A stretch of 42,159 bases of DNA from a virus (taxonomy: Duplodnaviria > Caudoviricetes): the IMG/VR virus record IMGVR_UViG_3300020045_007290, positions 1 to 42,159 of that record. One strand, 5' to 3'. The notes under the pieces were generated by a model. It had not been told where the DNA came from. It worked only from the letters and a program-made list of their open reading frames with translations, and did not search any database. Positions 8,736 to 17,262 of this stretch are shown here, in pieces. A program made the position numbers and the translations under genes. The stretch's first letter is position 1. Every line of letters begins with the position of its first letter.

Positions 8736-9205
8736 AGAACTTTAAAAAGATAAATTCAAAACTGATTGATGTTGCTGCTTGGAGCATTAAGAATGAGAAC
8801 AGCGATTCTTATAAGAAGCTTCGCGCATCAGTTCTGAAGAATAGTCAAACGCAATTATTTCTTGTCAGAGAAAAAGAAGACGGACGCTTCGAAGTGTTTA
8901 AAGGAAAGAAAGCTTTCAAAATAATATCTGAAAAAGAAGACATCGACTTGATCTGTTACAATTACGGGAAGATTTCTGAAGTTCAATCAAAGCTTATCTA
9001 TTTAGAAAATTCGATCATTCATTCAAATAACTATATCGAGGTAGGTGAATTGATAAAAAGCTTGCTGAGTGAGTTTAAGGACTACGAAATCGAACCTTAC
9101 ATCAATTTCAATCTTGAAGAAATGAAGGACTTAATAAATCTTGCAAACTTCGATTGGGACAAATACAAGAAGAAAAAAGTAAACGCAATTCAAACACTAT
9201 TTTAA
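8726..9205 (+). CDS. Degenerate ParB/Srx-like N-terminal-domain protein
   Basis: YKKLRASV.KN.Q...VRE..DGRFEV..G pattern; the canonical GxHR is replaced by GKKA. Confidence 0.5.
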   Translation: MALENFKKINSKLIDVAAWSIKNENSDSYKKLRASVLKNSQTQLFLVREKEDGRFEVFKGKKAFKIISEKEDIDLICYNYGKISEVQSKLIYLENSIIHSNNYIEVGELIKSLLSEFKDYEIEPYINFNLEEMKDLINLANFDWDKYKKKKVNAIQTLF

Positions 9206-9206
9206 A

Positions 9207-9905
9207 ATGCAGAAAGAACCACATTTAGTAATTTCAGAAAAGTTTTATTCGTTGCAAGGCGAAGGAGTAACAACAGGCTGCCCATCGATCTTCATTCGTT
9301 TAGCGGGCTGCAACATACTCTGTCAAGGTAAAGGGTGGGTGTGCGATACTATTGAAGTATGGAAATCAGGATTGAAAATTGATTTCGAACGTGTGCTTAG
9401 TAAAGGAGAAGTTGAAAGCTTAAAAAAAGGTGTACACTTAATCTTTACGGGTGGAGAACCGTTGCTTCATCAGCAAAAAATTATTGATTATTTAGACTAT
9501 CTGAATAAAACTTATTCAATGATTCCTTTTGTAGAGATCGAAACGAACGGGACAATCATTCCTGATCCGCGCCTTGTTGAATACGTTTCACAATGGAACG
9601 TATCTCCGAAGCTGTCGAACTCGGGAGTGACAGAAGAAAAGCGAATCAATCCTTTTGCGCTTGCAAAGTTTGACAACATCGAAAATCTGATCTTTAAATT
9701 TGTGATCGCGAATGATAAAGATGTCGAGGAGTTGCAATATTTTTTGCCCATGAGCCAACACAAGATTGTTTTAATGCCTGCAGGCGCAACACAAGAAGAA
9801 TTAAACATCACTCGCATGATTGTTGTTGAAGCTTGCAAAGCTTACGGTTACAGGTATTCAGAAAGATTGCACATTGTTATTTGGAATAAAAAAACAGGTG
9901 TATAA
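9207..9905 (+). CDS. queE: 7-carboxy-7-deazaguanine synthase (radical SAM)
   Basis: FYSLQGEG, FIRLAGCN, TGGEPLL, IETNGT, VSPKL, RLH. Confidence 0.94.
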   Translation: MQKEPHLVISEKFYSLQGEGVTTGCPSIFIRLAGCNILCQGKGWVCDTIEVWKSGLKIDFERVLSKGEVESLKKGVHLIFTGGEPLLHQQKIIDYLDYLNKTYSMIPFVEIETNGTIIPDPRLVEYVSQWNVSPKLSNSGVTEEKRINPFALAKFDNIENLIFKFVIANDKDVEELQYFLPMSQHKIVLMPAGATQEELNITRMIVVEACKAYGYRYSERLHIVIWNKKTGV

Positions 9906-9959
9906 ATTTTTGTTTGTCGATTCTATTTTGTAGTTTTACAAAATATTATTGAAAACAAA

Positions 9960-10064
9960 TCTTTTGTGTCGCTCCAAAAGACTAAGATAAACGGTTTAAC
10001 AACCCGATCCCTTAGACAATTGCCAGTTGAGCGACATGGTGAAAGTTTAGGGGATTATTTTTTT
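9960..10064 (+). promoter_or_regulatory. Structured leader: two hairpins with complementary loops, the second followed by a U-tract (attenuator-like)
   Basis: HP1 9960-9981 with loop TGTCGCTC; HP2 10007-10055 with loop containing GAGCGACA; T-run 10058-10064. Confidence 0.65.
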
Positions 10065-10077
10065 AATACAATATCGA

Positions 10078-10839
10078 ATGAGTAAAATGCCTTACATTTC
10101 TTTTTATGTTGGTGACTACATTAAAAGCACACGCGTTCTTAATTTAGAAGAAAAGGGAGCATGGACAGAAATACTTTGGCACATTTGGGAACATGGGCAA
10201 GCTGGAATTATTGAAGGAACGTGGGAAGATATTTGTCTGATCATCGGCTGTCCTGATCTTCAGAAATGCAAAAGTATTTTTAGCAAAATTCTAGCAAAAA
10301 AAGTTTGTGAATTAGTCGTGATTAATGCTAATAATGACTTATCTTTAGAAACAGTTAGGATCGTTAATAGACGGATGGAGCGGGAGTTTAATTTAAAAAA
10401 AAAACGTAGTGAAATAGGAAAATCAGGTGGCGAAGCTAAAGCAGAAAATTCTAGCAAAGCTTTAGCAAAAACCTACCAAATTACTGATAATGATATTGAA
10501 GATGATATTGAAGATGATTTTAAAAATAAAATTGATATACAAAGTAAGCTGTCGGAATTTTATCTATTCCGTAAACAATTAAAAAAACCGATTATAAAAG
10601 CTTCAGTTAAATCATTTAGAGCGAAGTTGATCAAACTATCAAACGCGAACGAAGCTGATGCAATCGCGATTCTTGAACAGTCTATCGCTAATGGATGGCA
10701 AGGTATATTCGCACTTCAACAACAAAGAAATGGACAACAAAATTCAAATAACAGAACAGAAAGGACAGGATCTATTGCAAATGCTAAAGGCCTCTCCGAA
10801 GCAATATTGGACGATTATAGCTCCAAAAACGGCAGTTGA
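10078..10839 (+). CDS. Replication initiator (DUF1376/YdaU-like N-terminus)
   Basis: PYISFYVGDY...LNLEEKGAW at the N-terminus; ILEQSIANGWQGIF at the C-terminus. Confidence 0.8.
   Translation: MSKMPYISFYVGDYIKSTRVLNLEEKGAWTEILWHIWEHGQAGIIEGTWEDICLIIGCPDLQKCKSIFSKILAKKVCELVVINANNDLSLETVRIVNRRMEREFNLKKKRSEIGKSGGEAKAENSSKALAKTYQITDNDIEDDIEDDFKNKIDIQSKLSEFYLFRKQLKKPIIKASVKSFRAKLIKLSNANEADAIAILEQSIANGWQGIFALQQQRNGQQNSNNRTERTGSIANAKGLSEAILDDYSSKNGS
10279..10540. repeat. Putative iterons and AT-rich tract (candidate origin)
   Basis: T[T/C]TAGCAAA x4 (about 10279, 10290, 10450, 10461); GATATTGAAGAT x2 at 10492-10515. Confidence 0.5.
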
Positions 10840-11482
10840 AGCGTTCGAAAGTCAGAGCATGTCAGTTGCATTGATGCGAAAAGAAATGAGTGAAGTCGTG
10901 ACTAAAGCATTTTTAATGTACATCGTAACTGATCTTGTAGAATCTTTCAACGTTGGGAAGACAATGGATGCAATGCAAGCAGCATTCACAGTGAATGGGA
11001 TAATTGCTGATTATTGGTTTTTAAAGCCTGAAGAATTAAAATATTGTTTTAATGAAGCTAAAAAAGGAAGATATGGAACAATGTACGATAGAATTGATGC
11101 TGCTGTAATATTCGGATGGATTGAAACATTTTTAAAAGAACGAACACAAATTTGTTATCAGAAGAATGAGGAGCAGAATAAGCAATACAATACGGGCACA
11201 ATACACCCTGATGTTGCGGCTAAGTTGAAGTTGAATATCAAACAACCTGAACCAGTTAATTTAGATTTGATCACGCCTAAAAAAAGAGAACAAACAGAAC
11301 AGGAAAAAATTATTCAAGATTTATTTAAAGAGTTTGATGAATTGTATAAGGAACAAAACAAAACTTTTGATGATACAGGTTTTAGAGTTGTGTTATTTAA
11401 AGGAGAATTGTTGTCAAGCAGTCAATACATATCAACACGAATTGAAGAAATACTAAATGATAAAAAAAATAAAAAAGATTAG
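10730..11482 (+). CDS. Putative helicase loader or replication partner
   Basis: Overlaps the 3' end of the initiator (lambda O/P-like layout); L..EEL..CF..AKKGRYG..YDRID motif. Confidence 0.55.
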   Translation: MDNKIQITEQKGQDLLQMLKASPKQYWTIIAPKTAVEAFESQSMSVALMRKEMSEVVTKAFLMYIVTDLVESFNVGKTMDAMQAAFTVNGIIADYWFLKPEELKYCFNEAKKGRYGTMYDRIDAAVIFGWIETFLKERTQICYQKNEEQNKQYNTGTIHPDVAAKLKLNIKQPEPVNLDLITPKKREQTEQEKIIQDLFKEFDELYKEQNKTFDDTGFRVVLFKGELLSSSQYISTRIEEILNDKKNKKD

Positions 11483-11780
11483 TATCGAAGTCAAAAGACT
11501 TCTTGAAAAGTACCCACACTTACGCGATTCAGACAATAAGCTTGTAGCTACAATATGGAGAAACGAAATGGGAAAAGATGATCAGCAACAAAGCAAGTCG
11601 CTGAGTACAACAGCATTCTGTTTCTTAGAAGCACTGTCTTCAGGAAAGCATACTTCAGCTGACATCATCACGCGAGCAAGGAGAAAAGTTCAAGAACAAA
11701 ATCCTTTCTTGCGAGGCACATCATACAGACAAAGAAAAGATAAACAAGAGGAAGTTAGATCACAAATAAAATCAATATGA
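11457..11780 (+). CDS. Conserved phage hypothetical protein
   Basis: LRDSDNKL...ITRARRKVQE.NP.LRG. Confidence 0.7.
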   Translation: MIKKIKKISIEVKRLLEKYPHLRDSDNKLVATIWRNEMGKDDQQQSKSLSTTAFCFLEALSSGKHTSADIITRARRKVQEQNPFLRGTSYRQRKDKQEEVRSQIKSI

Positions 11781-12106
11781 AAGCAGTAAACTGGGGAAAT
11801 AGACCTTTTGAGGAATTAAAGTTAGTAGTTTTTAAAGTGTTTGATCAAGAAGAAACGCTGCCTTTTTTCGATGCAACAGATAAACAGATAATCGATTTCT
11901 TAGCAAAGAAGTACCACGAAACGGTAGTAATTGTAAGAACAGAAAAAGTTGAAGTTCTTAATGTAATAACTTATAAACCTGTAGAATACAAACTGGAAAT
12001 ATCTAAATTAAAATCAAGCATCGATCTTGCTAAACGTGATGAAATACACAAAAATGTTTTAGCAATTAAAGAAAAATATGAAGAAAAAGAAAAAGGAAAA
12101 AAATGA
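11777..12106 (+). CDS. Hypothetical protein
   Basis: ATGA-coupled ORF. Confidence 0.65.
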   Translation: MKAVNWGNRPFEELKLVVFKVFDQEETLPFFDATDKQIIDFLAKKYHETVVIVRTEKVEVLNVITYKPVEYKLEISKLKSSIDLAKRDEIHKNVLAIKEKYEEKEKGKK

Positions 12107-12279
12107 TTCACAACGCGAATAGATATGCAAAAACAAACGGACTGAAGAAAGAAATTCAAGTCAGCGAAAACTTAACACATCGATTCGTTGTCGTTACGAA
12201 AGATCATTCAATCATTGAAGCATACAACAGAATGCTGTCGAATAAGAATTCAGATTTAGAATTGAAAAAAATAATATAA
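12103..12279 (+). CDS. Hypothetical protein (58 aa, not in the ORF track)
   Basis: MIHNANRYAK...LKKII fills the gap with an ATGA overlap. Confidence 0.55.
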   Translation: MIHNANRYAKTNGLKKEIQVSENLTHRFVVVTKDHSIIEAYNRMLSNKNSDLELKKII

Positions 12280-12281
12280 AA

Positions 12282-12683
12282 ATGACACATCCACTTTTAA
12301 ACGGTTTCGGAAGCAGCAGATTCAGACCTGATCCAAAGAAGCCACCGACTGAAAAGAAAAAGCCTCAGCCGATAAAAAAGCAAAGCGCAAAGAACATTCG
12401 CAACACACGCGAGTACTCAGAAGGAAGAAAGATCTTTCTTGCGATGCCTGAAAATAAATGGTGCTATGTTGAAGGATGTGGAAAGAGAGCGAACACAGTT
12501 GATCACATTATGGGTCGAGAAGGATTCGCAGATGATCACGCAAGAACAAACAACATACCTCTGCTGCTTGATGAACGCTACTGGAAACCTTGCTGCTTAG
12601 AACACAATTTAGAAATGGAAACAAATCAAGAACTTAAAAACAAATATCATCTTAGCCAAATACACGGAGGGAAAATAAAGTAA
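12282..12683 (+). CDS. HNH-like nuclease
   Basis: CYVEGC...VDHIMGR...W.PCC..HN. Confidence 0.65.
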   Translation: MTHPLLNGFGSSRFRPDPKKPPTEKKKPQPIKKQSAKNIRNTREYSEGRKIFLAMPENKWCYVEGCGKRANTVDHIMGREGFADDHARTNNIPLLLDERYWKPCCLEHNLEMETNQELKNKYHLSQIHGGKIK

Positions 12684-13018
12684 TGCAAAGAAAAAGTGCA
12701 AAAGTTTTAGCAACTGAAAAGTGGGTTGATGCGTACACAGAAATGAATCGCAGACCGCCTACCTATAAAGAAATACAAGAAGCATTCGGCATTGGAAAAT
12801 GTGCTGCATACGCTCGCTGTTCGAAGTTCAGACACAAAATGAGCCAGCACACTAAACCGAAAAAGATTCTTTCGCCTTTAGAAATAGATGAAATACTTCT
12901 GAAGCAATTTCCTAGAACAGATACACTTGGCGGCATATTGATGGATTTACCTACAAACAATTACAGAATCGAAGGCGCTGTGTGGGCAATTAATAATATT
13001 CACTTATTCAATAAATAA
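12683..13018 (+). CDS. Protein with a LexA-type winged-HTH-like N-terminus
   Basis: RPPTYKEIQEAFGI. Confidence 0.5.
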   Translation: MQRKSAKVLATEKWVDAYTEMNRRPPTYKEIQEAFGIGKCAAYARCSKFRHKMSQHTKPKKILSPLEIDEILLKQFPRTDTLGGILMDLPTNNYRIEGAVWAINNIHLFNK

Positions 13019-13019
13019 A

Positions 13020-13421
13020 ATGATAAAATTTGATTCAGAACAGGTTGTCACAGATAAGACAGCTTTAATAGTTAAACACCCAACAGGTATTGTTTACGAA
13101 GTGCAAGCAGGCGGTATTGGTTGTACTCACCCTAAAGTTGAAGGATTCATTCTTGATTGGGGAAATTTAGGACAAGATTTTGATGATTGTTCTTTTGGAT
13201 GTGCATACATTTCACAAGATGAAGGATTGCGCGATAAGCTTGCAAAAGCTTTGTCAGAATATTTATTAAAAGAAACAGAGCGAAGCACATGTCAAACGCT
13301 ATTTGATTTTGACAGAGTGAGCGAACTTGAAGAAGGTTGGTGGCCAGTTGTTGTGATTGGAAAAATAGCTGATCAAAGTGTAAACTGGAAAGGATATTTA
13401 CACACACAAAATTGCGACTAA
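13020..13421 (+). CDS. DUF6210-like protein
   Basis: LIV..PTGIVY..QAGG..C.HP.VEG...EGWWPV...NCD. Confidence 0.6.
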   Translation: MIKFDSEQVVTDKTALIVKHPTGIVYEVQAGGIGCTHPKVEGFILDWGNLGQDFDDCSFGCAYISQDEGLRDKLAKALSEYLLKETERSTCQTLFDFDRVSELEEGWWPVVVIGKIADQSVNWKGYLHTQNCD

Positions 13422-13609
13422 TGAAAACAACAACATTCACTTGCAACTTATGCCGAGATAAAAAAGAAAGAAAAGACTTGAAATGTTTTTATTTCAAATG
13501 CGATATAATTCCACAACAGTTTGTGATCGTAGATGATGTCGAAAAATCTGATGTTCACATTTGTACATCTTGCTTAACTGTAATTGAAAAGAATTTTTTA
13601 ACTAAATAA
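13421..13609 (+). CDS. Small Zn-finger protein
   Basis: CNLC...HICTSC; ATG at 13421 overlaps the upstream stop. Confidence 0.6.
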   Translation: MKTTTFTCNLCRDKKERKDLKCFYFKCDIIPQQFVIVDDVEKSDVHICTSCLTVIEKNFLTK

Positions 13610-13617
13610 ATAAAACA

Positions 13618-13752
13618 ATGAAAGAAAGAACAGCAACCTACAACGGAACAACGATAAAAGTTTATCGTTCATCAGTAAGAGCAAACACTTGGATTAATTC
13701 GAATGATTGCAAAACAGAATACAAAGAAAGCGACTTAAAATTTATTGACTAA
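13618..13752 (+). CDS. Hypothetical protein (44 aa, not in the ORF track)
   Basis: MKERTATYNG...LKFID; its stop overlaps the next ATG. Confidence 0.5.
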   Translation: MKERTATYNGTTIKVYRSSVRANTWINSNDCKTEYKESDLKFID

Positions 13753-13973
13753 TGAAAAAGTATCTGCTAAAACTTTGGTGGTGCAAGCTGTGGAGATTTC
13801 ACGATTGGACTTCGCAAGTTTACAAAAAAGAGCCTCCACCTGAAATCAATACGATTGAAGATTACTGCAAGTGGGCTGAAATGTACTGTGATCGATGTGG
13901 ACACGTTTCAGAATTATCAAAAAACTTCACTAAAGAAATGAAAGAACGATGCAAAAATTTGGAATTGAAATAA
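13752..13973 (+). CDS. Small Cys/His protein
   Basis: C....HDW...CDRCG. Confidence 0.6.
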   Translation: MKKYLLKLWWCKLWRFHDWTSQVYKKEPPPEINTIEDYCKWAEMYCDRCGHVSELSKNFTKEMKERCKNLELK

Positions 13974-14293
13974 GAAAGATTGGCGATGTGAAAGCATTGT
14001 TCGCGGACGTTGATTTAGTGCTGAAGAAATTCAACATGAATCCTCAGAGCGTAAGCGATGAAGCAAAAGCATCAACAGTCGCCCACGCACTTCAGAAGAT
14101 GTTGAAAGTCGAAAGTCACTTTTCTGTTTGCACAATTACAAATTGCGCGAACATTTGTCAAGTATGTATTTCGAAAGAGCGACTTGATTTGTATCATGCA
14201 GCACATTGTATAAGCTGGAATGAAATGCTTCCCGATTACAGACAATGCCTTGTTGCTATGATTTTAGATGATTTCAGAACAGTTTTAAGCTAA
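13949..14293 (+). CDS. Hypothetical protein
   Basis: 114 aa ORF within the operon. Confidence 0.65.
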   Translation: MQKFGIEIRKIGDVKALFADVDLVLKKFNMNPQSVSDEAKASTVAHALQKMLKVESHFSVCTITNCANICQVCISKERLDLYHAAHCISWNEMLPDYRQCLVAMILDDFRTVLS

Positions 14294-14297
14294 TCAC

Positions 14298-14456
14298 ATG
14301 ATAAGTATATCAACAATCTGCAATAATGCTGAGCGCGAAAAGATCGCTGAAGCAAGAAAGAAGAAACAAGTCTGTGACTATGCTTGCCACAATGTTCAAG
14401 TAAAAACAGAAAGAGGCTGTCGCAAGTGTAGTGAAACAATTTCAAAAACAAAATAA
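14298..14456 (+). CDS. Small Cys-rich protein (52 aa, not in the ORF track)
   Basis: MISISTIC...CDYAC...CRKC. Confidence 0.45.
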   Translation: MISISTICNNAEREKIAEARKKKQVCDYACHNVQVKTERGCRKCSETISKTK

Positions 14457-14457
14457 C

Positions 14458-14631
14458 ATGGAAAAAATATTCGCAGAATTTATGCACACTTACTTTTGGG
14501 TTTTCATATCGTTAATGGCACTAATGGTTATTAATAATTGGGACAAGAATCCTAGCGACACTCAAATTAAAAAGATTAACTTTTGGCAAATTGTCGCAAT
14601 CGCTTTATTCATAATGAGTTTTAGATATTAG
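14458..14631 (+). CDS. Small two-TM membrane protein
   Basis: Two hydrophobic segments; ATG 14458. Confidence 0.55.
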   Translation: MEKIFAEFMHTYFWVFISLMALMVINNWDKNPSDTQIKKINFWQIVAIALFIMSFRY

Positions 14632-14632
14632 A

Positions 14633-15184
14633 ATGAAAACAGAACTGATCAAACCGCTTCCACATAAAGAAATTGAAATGCCCGAATGGTTTGCCGAAGA
14701 CCCTCAAAGAATACTATATTGGAATAAGCGAATGCGTTTGATTTTTTTTGATCCAAAAGAAATTTATGAAAGAATTGATCACTTGATCGACCCTTTTTCA
14801 AGAAGACAAAAGCTAGACATGCACACAATGTTTCCAAAGATTGAAGGCTTTTGTGCTTGCGGCTGTGGTAAAGAAACAAAGTATAAGTGGGCAAATGAAA
14901 TCTGTTCAGGATTTGGATATGTTGTTTATTCGATCATTGCTTATGGAACACCTGATGCAAGAAAGCTGATCGAAACTTATTATGGAAGTAATTGTGTTGA
15001 ATGCGGCGCTTCAGATCGTTGCGACATTGATCACATAGTTCCAGTAAAACACGGAGGAGGAGCGTGTTGGCTTAGCAACTTCGTTCCGCTTTGCAAAGAA
15101 TGTCACAAGAAAAAAACAAAGAAAGATTTCAATTGGGCTGAATTTAAAATCGATACATCGAATCAAATAAAAATTAATCTATAA
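14633..15184 (+). CDS. HNH endonuclease
   Basis: CVECG...DIDHIVPVKHGG...SNFVPLCKECH; extra CACGC motif. Confidence 0.85.
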   Translation: MKTELIKPLPHKEIEMPEWFAEDPQRILYWNKRMRLIFFDPKEIYERIDHLIDPFSRRQKLDMHTMFPKIEGFCACGCGKETKYKWANEICSGFGYVVYSIIAYGTPDARKLIETYYGSNCVECGASDRCDIDHIVPVKHGGGACWLSNFVPLCKECHKKKTKKDFNWAEFKIDTSNQIKINL

Positions 15185-15190
15185 AACTAA

Positions 15191-16090
15191 ATGGCAAAAA
15201 AATCAGAAGAAAAAGAAGCGAAATCACCTTACACAAGCAAGTGGATTTTAGAAAAAGCAATTCCTATCATTAGAGAATACAATGGGAATTTCACGATTCG
15301 TGCTTTGCATTACAGACTTGTAGGCGAAGGCATGACAAACAATGACAAGCACTATAAAAAAGTAGTGAACACGATGATCAAAGCGCGATGGGATGGAGAT
15401 GTGGAGATGGATGCTTTCATGGATCACGAAAGAGAAACAATCGGTCAAACAGATTACGAAGCAACTGATGTGCAAACAGCTGTTGATGAAGCGAAAGAAT
15501 CGATTCGTTTTTGGGCAGGCTATTACAAAAAGAATAAGTGGGAGAATCAGCCAAACTATGTTGAAGTGTTCATTGAAAAGAAAGCTTTGCAAGGCGTGTT
15601 TGAGCGCCCATGTAAAGAATGGAAAGTTGCATTGAATCCTTGCAAGGGCTACCCATCATTAACGTTCTTAAATGATGCAAAAGATCGTTTTGAAGCTGCT
15701 ATTGAAGAAGGAAAGAATCCAATCATTCTTTATTTCGGTGACTACGATTGCAGCGGTGAAGATATTCCACGCAGCATTGTTGAAAATCTTGAAAAGATGG
15801 GCGTGACAGTTGATCTCAGAAGGGTTGCACTGAAGAAGGAACAAGTGATCAAATGGAAACTGCCGCCAGCACCAACGAAAGAAAGTGATTCGCGAGGTGC
15901 TAAGTGGGACGGGTTAGGACAAGTCGAACTGGATGCTGTGATGCCTGACAAGATCGAAAAGCTTTTAGTCGATTCACTTGAAAGTGTTTTCGATGAAGAT
16001 TTGTATGATGAATTAAAAGAACAGCAAGCGACTGAAAAAACAGAATACAAAAAAATTCTGAAGCGAGATTTCAAACAGCTGCTTGATTAA
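15191..16090 (+). CDS. Toprim-domain protein, TopoVI-A/Spo11/JetD-like
   Basis: TIRALHYRL (winged-helix Tyr), VFIEK, KGY, YFGDYDxSG, ELDA. Confidence 0.7.
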   Translation: MAKKSEEKEAKSPYTSKWILEKAIPIIREYNGNFTIRALHYRLVGEGMTNNDKHYKKVVNTMIKARWDGDVEMDAFMDHERETIGQTDYEATDVQTAVDEAKESIRFWAGYYKKNKWENQPNYVEVFIEKKALQGVFERPCKEWKVALNPCKGYPSLTFLNDAKDRFEAAIEEGKNPIILYFGDYDCSGEDIPRSIVENLEKMGVTVDLRRVALKKEQVIKWKLPPAPTKESDSRGAKWDGLGQVELDAVMPDKIEKLLVDSLESVFDEDLYDELKEQQATEKTEYKKILKRDFKQLLD

Positions 16091-16095
16091 AAAAG

Positions 16096-16128
16096 AAAAG
16101 CGCCCAACTATTTGTTAGGCGCTTTTTT
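16096..16128. terminator. Bidirectional intrinsic terminator between the convergent arms
   Basis: AAAAGCGCCCAAC-tattt-GTTAGGCGCTTTT flanked by A and T runs. Confidence 0.8.
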
Positions 16129-16182
16129 ATTAACATGTCGCTGAAAAGTGCGCTTGAATCAGAGGCGTTCAGCAATTGATTA

Positions 16183-16725
16183 TTAAAAACCGATCACGAC
16201 TGTTTCTTTCTCGTTTCTGTGTCGAATGTAGTCCATCGGAAATGCAACACGATTTTCAAATGGCTTGATCTTATTAGTCGTTAAAGCATATTCATAAACG
16301 AAATCCGAACAAATATCTTTTCGATCATTCTTCTTGATCTTCAGATTCCATCCGAACTTGCGATTTAATAACTCTTTAAACCCGTTTCCGTAGTCATACA
16401 AAACAGTGTTCATATCTTGACGAGCCATCAATAATTCCATCGCTTCGTTTTCTTTTGAATCATCTATTGATTGAATCACGCAAAAATCTCCGTTTTTATA
16501 GTCATTTATGCGCTCAGACAAACGATCTGACTCCACTCCGTTGCTTTGGCTGTCAAGTATAAATAAACCCTTGTGTGATTCTATAACGATGCCAATGTGA
16601 TTAAAGTAAGCTTTGTCACAATTCTGAATGATCTTAGCTAGTAATCTTGTCCCTCTGAACAAAACTAAATCACCGTCTTTTATCAGTGGACGAATGCGCG
16701 CGTATTTTTCTTGAATAGTTTCCAT
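16183..16725 (-). CDS. Permuted papain-like NlpC/P60 (YiiX/YebB-like) protein
   Basis: DGDLVLFRG, HIGI (His) located before ICSDFV (Cys). Confidence 0.75.
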   Translation of the reverse strand: METIQEKYARIRPLIKDGDLVLFRGTRLLAKIIQNCDKAYFNHIGIVIESHKGLFILDSQSNGVESDRLSERINDYKNGDFCVIQSIDDSKENEAMELLMARQDMNTVLYDYGNGFKELLNRKFGWNLKIKKNDRKDICSDFVYEYALTTNKIKPFENRVAFPMDYIRHRNEKETVVIGF

Positions 16726-16759
16726 ATTGATTGCCGCTTTAGGTTGGCGCTCCCTTGTT

Positions 16760-17260
16760 TTATGGTTTAACGATTAAAATATGTTTTTGATTTGGAATGT
16801 ATGCGAAATCAGTGTGAAGCCAGCCCGATGCTATCGAAACATCCTCGATTCGCGTAACTCCGTTTGCCATGAATGTCACTTCATTATCTTTTATGATCTG
16901 ATGAATTTCGTTGTAATCAACTTCTTTTCTAGTTCCGTCCATCATTACAATGAAAATTTCACAATCAAAAGCATTTATAAAACGATGCTGTGACAACTTC
17001 GCACCCTCAGTACAATCAGGAGGACGGAATCCTGAAAATTGTTTCACTCCACCAACGTGCCAATTGTTGATCACGATTGAAACGCCTTTCACTTTATCAG
17101 CGCCAAGCTTGTTTTTATAATAAGTACCGAAAAATGATTTATAAAACTCAGCGCATTTCACAGCTTTTTCAGAAACGAACCACGTTGCATTCACTCCAAA
17201 CGAATCGAAAATGCTTTTAGGAACGAATTCTTGAACTTTAAAATTTTGGCTTATCTGCAT
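16760..17260 (-). CDS. Endolysin, peptidase M15-like
   Basis: SGFRP...SQH...AFD...WLHTD Zn-peptidase motifs. Confidence 0.8.
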   Translation of the reverse strand: MQISQNFKVQEFVPKSIFDSFGVNATWFVSEKAVKCAEFYKSFFGTYYKNKLGADKVKGVSIVINNWHVGGVKQFSGFRPPDCTEGAKLSQHRFINAFDCEIFIVMMDGTRKEVDYNEIHQIIKDNEVTFMANGVTRIEDVSIASGWLHTDFAYIPNQKHILIVKP

Positions 17261-17262
17261 GA

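Noticed and set aside
9906-10077. PreQ1 riboswitch or tRNA
   Set aside because: No preQ1 aptamer consensus or cloverleaf is recognisable; reported instead as an unclassified structured leader.
15191-16090. Wadjet (jetABCD) defence system
   Set aside because: Only a Toprim-like gene is present; there are no SMC, kleisin or KITE genes.
16140-16173. Second hairpin (GCTGAA...TTCAGC) as an ncRNA
   Set aside because: Short and imperfect, next to the real terminator, with no further support.
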